Origin: Gekko japonicus
Lineage: Eukaryota
DNA: 64,000 nt
Assembly: GCF_001447785.1 (NCBI RefSeq)
Contig: NW_015167532.1
Location: 1,319,246 to 1,383,245 of the forward strand
Direction: 5' to 3'
Made by a program: the position numbers and the translations under genes. Positions 50,445-62,535 of this stretch are shown in pieces; position 1 is the first letter of the stretch, and every line of letters begins with the position of its first letter. Under the pieces are notes generated by a model that saw only the letters and a list, made by a program, of their open reading frames with translations, had not been told where the DNA came from and made no database searches.

Positions 50445-51911
50445 CTGGGTAGGGTGGGGATTGGAGAGGGAGGGACCTCGGCGGTGTATAAGTCTGTAGA
50501 GTCCACCCTCCAAAGCAACCAGGAGAAGTGGTCTCTGTCATCTGGAGTTCAGTTGTAATTCCAGGAGATCTCCAGGCCCCACTTGGAAGTTGGCAACCCT
50601 GAGTGCTCCTCCCTTTGTACATAAAGATTAGTTTTACAAGTAGAATGATGACTGTGTTGAACCATAGCACAGCAGGTCCATTGGATTGCCCTGCCCGAGT
50701 TCATGCATACTAATTATTTGTTTCATTATATATATACCCCGCCCTCCCCGCGAGCGGGCTCAGGGCGGCTTACAACAAGGCATATTTGTTTGTACCAAGA
50801 ATTCGGTTTCTTTTTTTTAATTTTGGGTGAGGTTTGCTCTCACATAACTGCGCACAGTTTTATATTCCTAACTTTCCAAATCTAACATCTGTCTTATACA
50901 GGTTAGACATTGAATTGCAAAAAACAGTGTTATATTCATCTTTTTTTTCCTTTTAACTTTTTTTTTTGTCTAAGCCTCTAGCCGATTCGTGTGATGGCAC
51001 TGCCAGAATAAACCCCTTTGGTCTTCCAAAATTTATTCAGCAGGATAAATCAGGAGAATAAGAGATCCATTTGATATTTAAAATCCCATCAACCTGACAG
51101 CCCTCTTTAAAACATCAGATGTTAACCATGCAAGGTCAGGGCACTGCACATGTATAAATCATTGAGAGCCTGCCGAAAGTCAGTTTGCGGCCAGGAAAAA
51201 TCCTATTAATAAGGTGTCAATCTTAACTGAAACTTCGCTTCCTGGCCAATTATGATAAAGATCTCAGAATGAAGTTTAATTCCATCTGGAGCACTGATAT
51301 TTAATAAAAATGAGAACAAAGAGGCGAGAAAGACCCACAAACAAAAAGTCTGTTTCTGTATTGGAGAACAATTTTTATTTTAAACAAAGAAGCTCTGAAA
51401 ACAAAGATCTTTGCAACATATAGGTACCTTTCTAGGTACTGGGAGAATGTAAGACTTTAACTGCTTTAATGATGAACCCTGTGTTTCTGTTGTATGTTTT
51501 TAAGATGTTGTGATCCACCCTGAGCCCCGCATCATGGGAGAGGGGTGGGATATAAATCTAAAAAACAAACAAAAGTTTACAATGATCTAAACTCAGAACC
51601 CCCCCCCCCCTTTTTACAGTTAAATGTTATGGCAAATTTTCACATGAACCAAACATTGAAATGCTGGTCTTTTGAATGGGTAAGCTCAGGGGATATTTAC
51701 ATATTTTCCTCCTGTCAATTTTAGAAATGCTGGAAGAACTCAACATTTTTAATTCTCTTTCTCACTTTCCTCCCCTGTAGAATTTTGGGGGAAGGGCTTG
51801 CACTTCAGTGGCAGAGCGCCAACTTTGCTCGACATCTCCAATTAAAACTATTTCAGGTTGCCCGTATTAGGCGAGATTGTGGCCAAGACCTTGGAGAGAT
51901 GCTGCCAGTCA

Positions 51912-52228
51912 AAGCATAATAGGCCACACCCAGCAGCAGGAACTCATTAGCATATTGGGCCACACCCCCATGTTACCAGAAGTGTGCTCATCCAGCCACA
52001 CCCATCTTTTGCTTCTTATTCTGTTTGCTTTGTTGTCAAAACCCAGGGCCTTTTTTTGTAGCAGGAGCTCCTTTGCATGTTAGGCCACACACCCCTAATG
52101 TAGCCAATCCTAATGAGTTTCTGCTGTTAGGTGTGGCCAATTATGCTAATGAGTTCCTGGCGGGCGTGGCCAACTCGGGAGCCAGCCGGAACTCCGTTCC
52201 TGCGCGTTCCTGCCCAAAAACAGCCCTG
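51912..52228. mobile_element. hAT MITE family B, left end lost, inserted in an old tRNA-SINE
   Basis: Sequence matches 5674-6007 and 55545-55938. Confidence 0.75.
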
Positions 52229-53015
52229 CCTGTAACAGATTACTGGACAGAGGCACCTTGGGTCTGATGCAGCATGCCTTAAGCCTTAGAATGAAGGGAC
52301 CAGCCAATAACCATTGTCTTTCAAGAGAGTTAATTGATACAAAAACCCACTCTCAGAGCCTGGTGTCGTGAAATACCATGCTTTGTCACTCCTCCTTACA
52401 GCAGGCAGCATTGTTTCCGTTGTTTTTTTTAAAAAAACCCTCTTCGAAAAGTACCTGTCACGTTTAAGCAGGGTTGCCAAGACTGGGTTGGGAAATTCCT
52501 GGAGATTTTTTGAGGCGGAGCCTAGGGAGAGCGGGGTCGAGGGAGGGGAGGGACCTCAGCAGGGTATAATGCCATGTGGGGTATAATGCGAGCCAGGGTG
52601 GTGTAATGGTTAAGAGCGGCTAATGTGGAGAACCGGGTTTCATTCCCTACTTCTCCATGTGAAGCCTGCTGGGTGACCTTGGGTCAGTCATGGTTTTCTC
52701 AGAACTCTCTCAGCCTTAAGGTAGAGAAAAGCTGGGTATAAAAACCAGTTCTTCTTCCATACAGTCCACCCTCCAAAGCAGCCATTTTCTCCAGGGGAAC
52801 CGATTTGTTTGTTTGTTGGATTTATACCCCGCCCTCCCCGCAAGCGGGCTCAGTGTGTGTGACGACAAGAGAATTTACACAACCATTAAAACAAATTATC
52901 ACAATAAATAGCTTAAAACCGTTTAAAAGATGGCAAAATGCTACATTAATTTACGATACATTAGTTTATAAGGCTCCAGCTGTGCTAAACAGATGACAAA
53001 AGAATGAGTCACCAC

Positions 53016-53223
53016 CAGGGCTCCCTCTAAGCTGTGGAGTCTTGTGAGCAAAAATTCTACTTTGGGAGCTGCTGGCATTAAAGTGGTGAGCCAGCGATCT
53101 GGCCACTGCATAAATTAGTTTGCTCCGGAGCCATCCCTTCCTGAGCTGAGACAAAAATCTGTGAGCCGGAGCCTTAAAAACTGTGGAGCTAGCTCACACT
53201 AACTCAGCTTAGAGGGAACACTG
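53016..53223. mobile_element. hAT MITE family A
   Basis: Same body as other copies; no matching TSD. Confidence 0.8.
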
Positions 53224-53329
53224 GGACTCACACACAGATAAGCTGTAATAGCAGTAAATCTCCAGATGCCACCTGGAGGCTGGCAACGCCATATTTAAGA
53301 CTGAATTCTAGTACTGTGAGATGCATTCT

Positions 53330-54528
53330 TTTTTTTTCTTTTTTTGAAACCCCCGAAAGGGTAATTTTATTATTTTTTCATAAGACTACAAACTACAACA
53401 GAAAATCAGGGGTCATTTGGGGGGGACGCGGGGGGACGCCATCCCCCCGGGTGAGGTGCGGGAGGGCGGGGCCTGGAGCTCCCTGCTGGTGCCCGCTGGA
53501 GGTCGCCGCCGGCTGTGGGGAGGACACACTTCCGGTGATGTCAGGGGGTGTGGCATATGCTAATGAGTTATGCTAATGAGTCCCCCTAGCTCTTTTTCTA
53601 TGAAATGACCCCTGCAGAAAATACAGGGAGGGACTACAACTAGGGATAAAGAAAAGATACCCACACTAACTAAAAACCCAAGAGTAGGGAATCATATCCG
53701 TGTTAAAGTAAATGTTAGTAAAAAAATGTTAGTATAACATTATACTAGTGAGTTGGGGTTTTTTTTAACTACTGCTTCAATATTAGTAGGTTTAGTATTT
53801 TGAGAACACTTCATGAGCATCTTCTTATCTTCATAGGGCCATTTTCAGAGTCCTTCTGCCCTTACTTCTGTTTTCTCTCTCTAAAATCATACACAGTTTT
53901 ACTTGCTCCCGCTCCCGCTTCACCAGCAGAGTCCTCATCCGTTCCAGGGGTAACAGAGTCACTCGATTTTGTTTCTTCATCCCTTAGTTCTTCTTCTGAT
54001 CCCAGCTGCCGTCTCAGAAATTCCTTCGCTTTAAAGATGGAGCCGATCTTCTCTCTTCTGTCGTTAATTTTAAAGATGACACCTTCAGGAATCCCCCACC
54101 GATATTGTATTCCATTTGTTTGAAGAAATGAGATTAATTCCTTGTAGCTCTTCCTCTTTTGACGAATTTCAAATTGAATGTCTTTTAGAGTCTTAATAAT
54201 TGTATTCCCAAATTTCAATGGATTTGCCGAAGTTGCCTTCAATATGACATCTCCGGTCTGTCTTCTTGCAAACTTGACCGCTATCTCCCCAGGTAAGCTG
54301 TTTTTTTTAATATAATTAGAGTATTCCCGATAGGCAGACTCTATATCTTTTACTATTCCTTCCGCTGGTAAGCCTGTTGCTGGGGCGATAATCTCTCCCA
54401 GAGTCTTCTTTAGATCTTCTTTCTCCTTTCCAGGCACTCCCTGGAATCAGAGAATCAAATTGGCTTTCTCCATTTGCAGCTGTAAAAGACGATTTTCCTG
54501 CATATTTTGTTTTACTTCCACATCTTTA
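53330..54528 (-). mobile_element. L1 ORF1-only (HAL1-like) retrocopy: ORF1p C-terminal part, 3' UTR, poly-A
   Basis: NLIL*FQGVP, IESAYR, EIAVKF, EIRQKRK...LQTNGIQYRWGIP resemble the ORF1p RRM/CTD; AATAAA at 53366-53371 then poly-A; no ORF2. Confidence 0.75.
53407..53614. mobile_element. hAT MITE family C (CAGGGGTCATTT TIR), nested in the L1-like 3' UTR
   Basis: 8-bp TSD CAGAAAAT. Confidence 0.85.
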
Positions 54529-54707
54529 ACACACAGATAAGCTGTAATAGCAGTAAATGGGCTGGCAACCCCATATTTAAGACTGAATTCTAGTACTGTG
54601 AGATGCATTCTGTTCGATGGTAAACCTTCTGCTCTTCCAGATCCTTCGGGGGTTTCAAATGCTAATGGGCAGTTCTCCTTCCGCACAGTAGCTAATTCCC
54701 TTCCAAG

Positions 54708-54913
54708 CAGTGTTCCCTCTAAGCTGAGTTAGTGTGAGCTAGCTTACAGTTTTTGAGCCTCTGGCTCACTCATTTTTGTCTTGGCTCAGGAAGGATGGCT
54801 CCAGAGCAAACTAGTTTATCCAGCAGCCAAATCTCTTGCTCACAACTTTAATGCCACTAGCTCACAAAGTAGAATTTTTGCTCACAAGAGTCCACAGCTT
54901 AGAGGGAACATTG
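54708..54913. mobile_element. hAT MITE family A
   Basis: TIRs; TSD only partial. Confidence 0.82.
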
Positions 54914-55544
54914 CAAGTGGTCAGAGAAAGGTGGGTTACTTTTAACCTTTGGAGAGCATCACTTCAAATCTTGGACTATCATCAGTGCCACATTTTAAGC
55001 GGCTGTCTCATTTGCAAAAATGTTTCCTCTGGACAAGCCATTATTGAAAATAGTATGTTAATGCTTTGCCCTACCTCCTCTGAGTATTTGGCTCAAGACT
55101 TCCTGTGGACCACTAACTCCAGAGAAATGTGAAAGTCAATTTAGAAGATTACAGTCTAAAAATCTAATAAATGAATTATAGTCTCAGCAGAAGGTCTCAA
55201 TGGCTTTGGAAAGTATATGTTTTAAAACATGATGAGTCTCCTTTTCAATCTGACACGGACAAGGTTTGTAAGCGACGAAATGAAGTCTGTGAGGGGGATC
55301 CAGTATAACAGCTGGCATGGCGTAGTGGTCAGACTGTGCAGTGATGCCAACCTCCAGGTGGTAGAAAGGAAACAAACAACCGTGATGTATTGTGCCAAAA
55401 AAAGTCTTCACAGACTTGAAAATTCTTTTTCCAGAATTCAGTTTACTGGAAGCAATTCAAACGCCATCAACATCAACAAACCATGCATATTACATCTTGT
55501 TTCGTGTATACGTTTATCACTTAAAGTGGGTTGCGTTGATTTAA

Positions 55545-55938
55545 CAGGGCTCTTTTTGTAGAAAAAGCCCAGCAGGAACTCATTAGCATAATAGGCCACA
55601 CCCAACAGCAAAACTCATTAGCATATTAGGCCACACCCTGACAGCACCATTCATTAGCACACTAGGCCACACCCCCATGTTACCAGAAGTGTGGTTATCC
55701 AGACACACCCACCTTACCCTTCTTATTCTGTTTACCTTGTTTGTTGTCAAAACCCAGGGCCTTTTTTTGGAGCAGGAACTCCTTTGCATGTTAGGCCACA
55801 CACCCCTAATGTAGCCAATCCTAATGAGTTTCTGCTGTTGGGTGTGGCCTATTATGCTAATGAGTTCCTGCTGGGCGTGGCCAACTCAGGAGCCAGCCGG
55901 GATCCGTTCCTGTGCGTTCCTGCCCAAAAAGAGCCCTA
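55545..55938. mobile_element. hAT MITE family B
   Basis: CAGGGCTCTTTT / AAAAGAGCCCTA TIRs; same internal repeats. Confidence 0.82.
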
Positions 55939-57467
55939 TATAATATTAATCCATTTGGCAACCACTCTAGTCATATCTCCTAGTAACACTCATCAAATCC
56001 ATCAGTATGCTTTGGAAGGTGGACTCTGCGGCATGATACCCGACTGGGGTCCCCCCCTCCCCACACCCTGCCCTCCCCGGGCTCCACCCCCAAAATCTCC
56101 AGGTATTTTGCAGCCCAGAGCTGGCAACCCTAGTTATTTAGTGTGTGTGAAAGCGCCCGGCCTAACCTACCCACAGGAGACAAGTCATTTTGGGGTCCCC
56201 TTTGGGGAGACACTCAGGGTATAAATGACGTTTCCCTTGACTTTTTATTGCGCAGCAGTGTAAACAAAAGAGAAACACTCTGTCCTCGTGGAATTATGGG
56301 CTGTAAAACTATTGAAGAGGGAGGAAATGACCTTCCTACTTACTGCTTAAAGTTTCGGTCCTGGCATCGGCTTCTAATTTAGAAATATGGACCCTCCTTC
56401 TCTCACGCATCTTAGATTGATCTGGTACGCTCGTGTATGAGCAGTTCTACTTGCCCCGCAACATCATCCAGTTTAGGGGAAAAAACCCCAAGGCAAAATA
56501 GCCATTAGGCCATTCCAATAAGTCCCAGATACCTTATTTCCTTTCGTGGCTCTTTCTCTCTCTAGCTCAAATGGGGGAGGGAACAGTGCATCAGGAAGGA
56601 CTACCCTGACCTCCCCTCGCCGCTTATGGGCAAGCCGTAGGATAGGGTTGCCATCCTCCAGGTGATACCTGGAGATCTCCTACTATTACAATCAATCTCC
56701 AGCCGACCAAGATGAGTCCCCCCGGAAAAAAATGGCTGCCTTGAAGGGTGGACTCTATGGCATTATAGCCTGCTGAGGTCCCTGCCCTCCCTAAACCCGG
56801 CCTTTACCTGGATCCACCCCCCAAATCTCCAGGTGTTTCCCAACCCAGTGCTGGCAACCTGGATCCCACAGGCAAAGCATACAGGGAGACAACAGCTGGT
56901 CATCATCTATACAGTCTTAAAATTTGACAACTCATAGATTGGACGGCTTTACCCCACTTCGGCAGCCAGCCATTTGGAAGCTGCTAGATTTCCCCCCAGT
57001 TACATATGTGCACTGTTTACATTTCCAAAAGCATTTTTTTGGGGGGGGGGTAAATTCTGGATTTTCCCCCTCAAACAACAGAATTCTACATAAAATCACA
57101 TTTTTCACATGTATTGGCATGTAGTAAATGGAGTAAAGAAATACTGTGTTGATCTAGGGTCTGGGAGACCTAGGTCTGAACACCCACTCTGCCATGGAAG
57201 CTCACTGGGTGACCTTGGGCCAGTCACACACTCTCAGCCTGACCTACCTCACAGGGCTGTTGTGAAGATAAAATGGAGGACAGAAGAATGATGTATGCTG
57301 CTTTGGGTTCCCACTGGAGAGAAAGGCAGGGTATGAATTAAGTAAATAAATAAAAATACTTTGCCCCCAGAGCCATTCTAATTACATTTCGAACATAAGC
57401 TGTTTGTCTTGATCTGCTGAGCACATCTACTTTCAGCCTGTGCTGATAAGACATAATCTCATGACAG

Positions 57468-57768
57468 TTGGCTATTTGGTGTAGTGGTTAAGAGTGTGAA
57501 CTGTAATCTGGGAGGACCGGGTTTGATTCCCCATTCCTCCACATGCAGCTGCTGGTGTGACATTAGGTCAGTCACAAGTTCTCTCAGAGCTGTTCTCTCA
57601 AAGAGCAGTCCTCGAAAGAGCTCTCTCACCCCCACCCACCTCACAGGGTGTCTGTTGTGGGGAGGGGAAGGGAAAGGAGTTCGTAAGCCGCTCTGAGACT
57701 CCGAGTGAAGGGCGGGATATAAATCCAATCTCCTCCTCCTCTTCCTCTTCTCCTTCTTCCTCGTCCTC
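57468..57768 (+). mobile_element. Squam3-like SINE; older relatives at about 4355, 6900, 9040, 48070, 49590, 52592, 57120
   Basis: Same family; (TCC/TCT)n tail. Confidence 0.78.
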
Positions 57769-58209
57769 CCTAGGCATTGCTTTGCCAATAATGTTCACTT
57801 ATATAAACTGTAAGAAATATTTTATTGAGAAATTTCAAAGAGGTCACAGTTCACAGAATCATGGAATGTTAGAGTTGGAAGGGACTTTGCAGGTCATCTA
57901 GTCCAACCCCCTGCACTCTGCAGGAGCATAGCCGAAAGAACACTGATGAGACGGTACTGGGAAAATCATGGATTCTGGGACTGTAGGATGCTCATTATTA
58001 ACAGGATCTATTTATTTCAATATAGACTAAGATTACTCTTCATAATAACCTTAACAGAAAGCAGGGCACAAACATTGCTGATATGAACCCAACCAAAACG
58101 ATTCCACAGCCTTCAGGTTATTCATTCATTTATTTATTTATTTAGATTTTTACCCTGCTCTCCCCATGAACAGGCTCAGGGCAGGTTACCAAGTCACACC
58201 GGTTGGAAC

Positions 58210-58413
58210 CAGCGCTTCCTCTAAGCTGTAGAGTCTTGTGAGCAAAGAAATTCTACTTTGTGAGCTCCTGGCATTAAAGTGGTGAGCGATTTTGCTGCTG
58301 CATAACTTCATTTGCTCCGGAGCCATCCTTCCTGAGCTAAGGCAAACATCTGTGAGCTGGAGGCTAAAAAACTGTGAGCTAGCTCACACTAACTCAGCTT
58401 ACAGGGAACGCTG
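58210..58413. mobile_element. hAT MITE family A
   Basis: TIRs; 8-bp TSD GTTGGAAC. Confidence 0.86.
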
Positions 58414-59227
58414 GTTGGAACCTTATTCCTCTTTCCCCTGGCAGTGGAAAGAAAATCTTGCAGGTAGGAAGTCTTTCACCATGTCTTTGACTTTGATGTA
58501 GCAGAAGATTTCCGTATAGGACACAATGGGCTTTTGCTACCTGAGATTCTTTTACCAGAGATGCTGCGGATTTCTATATTGCTACAACCACGTGAGAAAA
58601 CAAAACAAAACTGCTTTCCTTTGCATGATCTCACAATGCTCGGTTTTCACCTGTCTAGTCCATCGGTGTGCACCAGTGCCCTCTGCTGGCTGGAATGCTG
58701 GAAGTACAGCAAGAAGCAAGATCTCTATAGATGGCTCCCCAGAGCTCATTCAAGCAGTGCTGAATAGCATCCTGCCACGAGTCTCCTTGTGTTTGCCACT
58801 GGCTCAGCGTACCTGCTTTCTAGGGAATTAAAAGAAAGACTTTTGATGAAGAACTGCATGGCTTTTGTTGGGGGGACTGCATCATCTGTCCTGTGAAGTA
58901 GTTCTGGGTATGGTTGCCAGATCCCCCCTGGACACCAGCAGGGGATGAGGGGGGCTTACCAGAAGCAGGAGGGATGTCCAGGCGATGTTGCCAGCAATGT
59001 GGCGACATCACTTCCAACGTGTACCAAAAGTGATGACACCACGATGTGCCATCAGGGCGACACTGGTATTTGGGGGGGGGGGGAAACTATAGTAAAAACC
59101 GCTTCTACCATAGAGTTTTTGCCCAAATACCAGAGTGTCGACCAGATGTCACTAATGTTACTTTGGTAATGCTTTTGTGTAATTTTACATATCGACCTTA
59201 TCACAACTGTTTCATCGCATTGTTTGT

Positions 59228-60000
59228 CCAATCCAATCCAGTCCAAATACCTTTATTGGCATAAAAAGAAAAAAGGTACAACATGGCCAATTTACAGAGA
59301 CTTTCAATTATAAAAACCATCAAGCATCACGTAGAAAAGCTAGACTTTTGCTCCCTGATTGTTATGGCAGCCAGAAGGTACCTTGCAACTGAACTTGTAA
59401 TGTGGGAACATTGGTCAGATAGTAAAAGAGACTGCCTGGGAAGAAACTGGAAAAGAGCCGAGCCGAAGAAACAACAGCCACCACCTGGGTGCCGGTAGGC
59501 AGCCCCGTCCCTGCACAATGTGGCCCTAGTTAGGGAGAAACGTTCTTAGAACTGCCTATGTAAACTGCCCAGGGACCCCCAAGGGGGTTAGGGCGGTATA
59601 AGAAATCAAATAAATAAATAAATAAATATAACTTCGCCTCAGCTAGACCGTGAAAGTTAGACACAATAGGGTTAATTATACAGTCAGGCACTTCCCCATA
59701 AAAATCACAGTGTCGTAGGACCTGGGCTACCATTTACATGGGCAGAGTCTTTCGTCATAGGGGGTGTTGGCAAGCCTCCCAGACAATACCGCTGAGGGTA
59801 AAACATTGAGTCTTGCTAACATAAAAGAGCAGCATAACTGGGGTGAGGTCATCTGGGAAAGGTGTAGCATTGTTTGTATTACAGTAATTTTCTTGAGGAA
59901 GATTATTGAAATGAAGTCTTCCATATCCGGATTCTTCATCGGAAGGAAGTATTTTGGGAAGATAATTTTTTTGGGAATATTTCATTCCGTATCAGAAGAA
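59228..60000 (-). mobile_element. Older RTE-X remnant interrupted by an L2-tailed element
   Basis: LARLNVLPSAVLSGR...PYDERLCPC; (ATTGG)n tail. Confidence 0.6.
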
Positions 60001-61534
60001 TCATATTTAGTATGATTTATTTATTTAATTCATATCCCGCCCTCCCCACCGCAACAGGCTCAGGGTGGCTTACATAGTATTATAACAAGATAAAACAGTT
60101 AAATCAAATTGCAATAAAATAGGTCTAAAACAATACATAAAGTGCTAGTGCAATATTGTGCTTTTTTGTGCAGTGATGACATCCATGTACTGCACACATT
60201 GTATTTGCCCAATATATTAACATTGTTACCAGTTCTATTATGTCCTGCTTCACAGCGGATCTTCTTCGTGGTCTCTGTGCAGGCCACACACCATGGGTTT
60301 TACGCCTACGTCAAACCTCCGTCGGGAAGCCTAATAAGTTTTAGCGACAGCTTTCCAAGTGCGGAGTCCTCCACAGTCTCGTGCAGCACGCTCCATCTGA
60401 GCATGCTCAACAGCCCCGGCGAACTCCCTCTCTCTCCTAGAAAGTCCCTCCACTGGCCAGCTGATTGGTGGTGAGGGGTGGGGCTTGGGGCCCCTGCCTC
60501 CACTGGGGGGGGGGTGTCTGGCACTCCTAGTTCCAAGAGGTTGCCATGTTGGTCTGCAGTAGAAGAGCTAGATTCGAATCCAGCAGCACCCAAGAGCCCA
60601 ACAAGAATTTCAGGATGAGCTTTCTAGAGCCAAAGCTCCCCTCAGGCTCTTTAAGGTGCTACCGGACTCAGATCTAGCAATCCTGTGAACTGTGACTTGA
60701 ATTTGGTGTGATCCGCAGCTGCTGTATCCCTGCTTGGCTATGGAACTCACTGGCAAAGCCTTTCCTCTTGGCCTCACCTCTTTCACAGGGTGTGAGAACA
60801 AAATTCTGCTCTGAGCTTCCCCGGGGGGAGGGCAGGAGACATATAACAAATGAGTTCACTTTCAGTGACAAGGCCAGGCCAAGGTGTGCTGGCCCCCCTC
60901 CCCAGTTCTAACCACTCAGACGGAGGAAGGCACGTTGTTTCCAAATGTTTTAAATTCCAACCCTGTGCCTGAGACCATGAATTCTGAATTTTCCTAGACG
61001 TGCGATATAAATGCAAAAGTGTTAAACTAAATGCAGAGGCAGCCAGGGCTATCAATCATTCTAGGAGGAGGCATTAGGACGGTATGAATAATGCTTCATT
61101 CTGGGATGCTCTTAACCATTAGTCAGCCAGGGCACCTGTCCTGAGCCCTGATCATTCACAGCCCCACCCTTCCCAATTGGGGGGGGGAGAAGAAGAGGAG
61201 GATCCTGCTGCCACCACTTGTGCCCACCTCATCTGGGGCTCGGGCCACCTACCCACACTTGCCCTGTCTGGGACTCGTGCAGCTGACTCGTGGCAGCCAC
61301 CATTCCCACCCACCCCATCTGGGGCTCAGGCGGCTGGTTCCAGTGGCAGCTCCTCCTGCCTGCCTTCCACAGGGTGAGGTCTGCCCCTTCTTTGGTTCCA
61401 AAACAAAGCAAAAACACTGTGATTGAATTTTATGAATATACTTAAATGTAACTAGTCTTAAGGGTTTCTTAAAGTTCCATTCACAATGTACAATAGTAAA
61501 TCATAAGTGCAATAAGGAACACAATATATATTGC

Positions 61535-62282
61535 GTCATTATTAGGAAGGGTATTGAAAACAGATCAGCCAATATCATAATGCCCCTATATAAATCATTG
61601 CAATCCAAATTCCTCATTTGGAATACTGTGTGCTATTCTGGTCACCACACCTTAAAAAGGATATTATAGCTTTGGAAAAAGTGCAGAAAAGGGCAGCTCG
61701 AATGATAAAAGGGGTGGAACACTTTCCCTATGAGGAAAGGTTAAAGCACTTAGGGCTCTTTAGCTTGGAGAAACGACGACTGAGGGGTGACATGATTGAG
61801 GTTTATAAGATTATGCATGGGAAAGAGCAGGTAGAGAAAGAGGTACTTTTCTCCCTTTCTCACAATACAAGAACTCAGAACTCGTGGGCACTCCATGAAA
61901 TTGCTGAGCGGTCGGGTTAGAACGGATAAAAGGAAGTACTTCTTCACCCAAAGAGTGATTAACACTTGGAATTCACTGCCACAGGAAGTGGTGGCAGCTA
62001 CAAGCATGGACAGCTTCAAAAGGGAATTAGATAAGCATATGGAGCCGAGGTCCATCAGTGGCTATTAGCCACAAGGTATAGATAGGGACTCTGGGGCAAG
62101 TGATGCTCTGTCATCTTGGTGCTTGGGGGGGTCAACAGTGGGAGGGCTTCTAATGTCCTGGCCCCACTGGTGGACCTCCTGATGGCACTGGTATTTCTGG
62201 CCACTGTGTGATACAGAGTGTTGGACTGGATGGGCCTTTGGCCTGATCCAACATTGGCATCTCTTATGTTCTTATGTTCTTC
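61535..62282 (+). mobile_element. CR1 3' part
   Basis: [25 protein letters not shown]...; CR1 tail. Confidence 0.9.
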
Positions 62283-62535
62283 TTCGTTTCCAAACCTCCA
62301 ATACCAAACCATAATCAGGTAAGGGACCGTGCTCAAAAATTCAAAAGTCTTCAAACAGTCCACAGGCTGTATATCATATCCAATAAAGTGCTTTACGAAT
62401 AGTAACTGTCTTGTTCTGTGAACAGATGTGTCTTCAAATAAAGATTTAAAGTGCATAGATGTCTTCAAGTGCTTCCTTAGAGATTTAAAGTGCTGTATGC
62501 TTCATGTCTGATGTATCCAAAAACATCCAGATTAT

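Noticed and set aside
53862-54437. Possible domesticated L1TD1-like gene
   Set aside because: 5'-truncated, in-frame stop, GTG-only start, poly-A and flanking duplication indicate a retrocopy.
57943-57970. CTGATGAG...GAAA, a possible second hammerhead
   Set aside because: No convincing stem II closing pair or stems I/III; likely chance.
60606-60650. Penelope-type hammerhead on the minus strand
   Set aside because: Core degraded to CUGAGGG; probably inactive.
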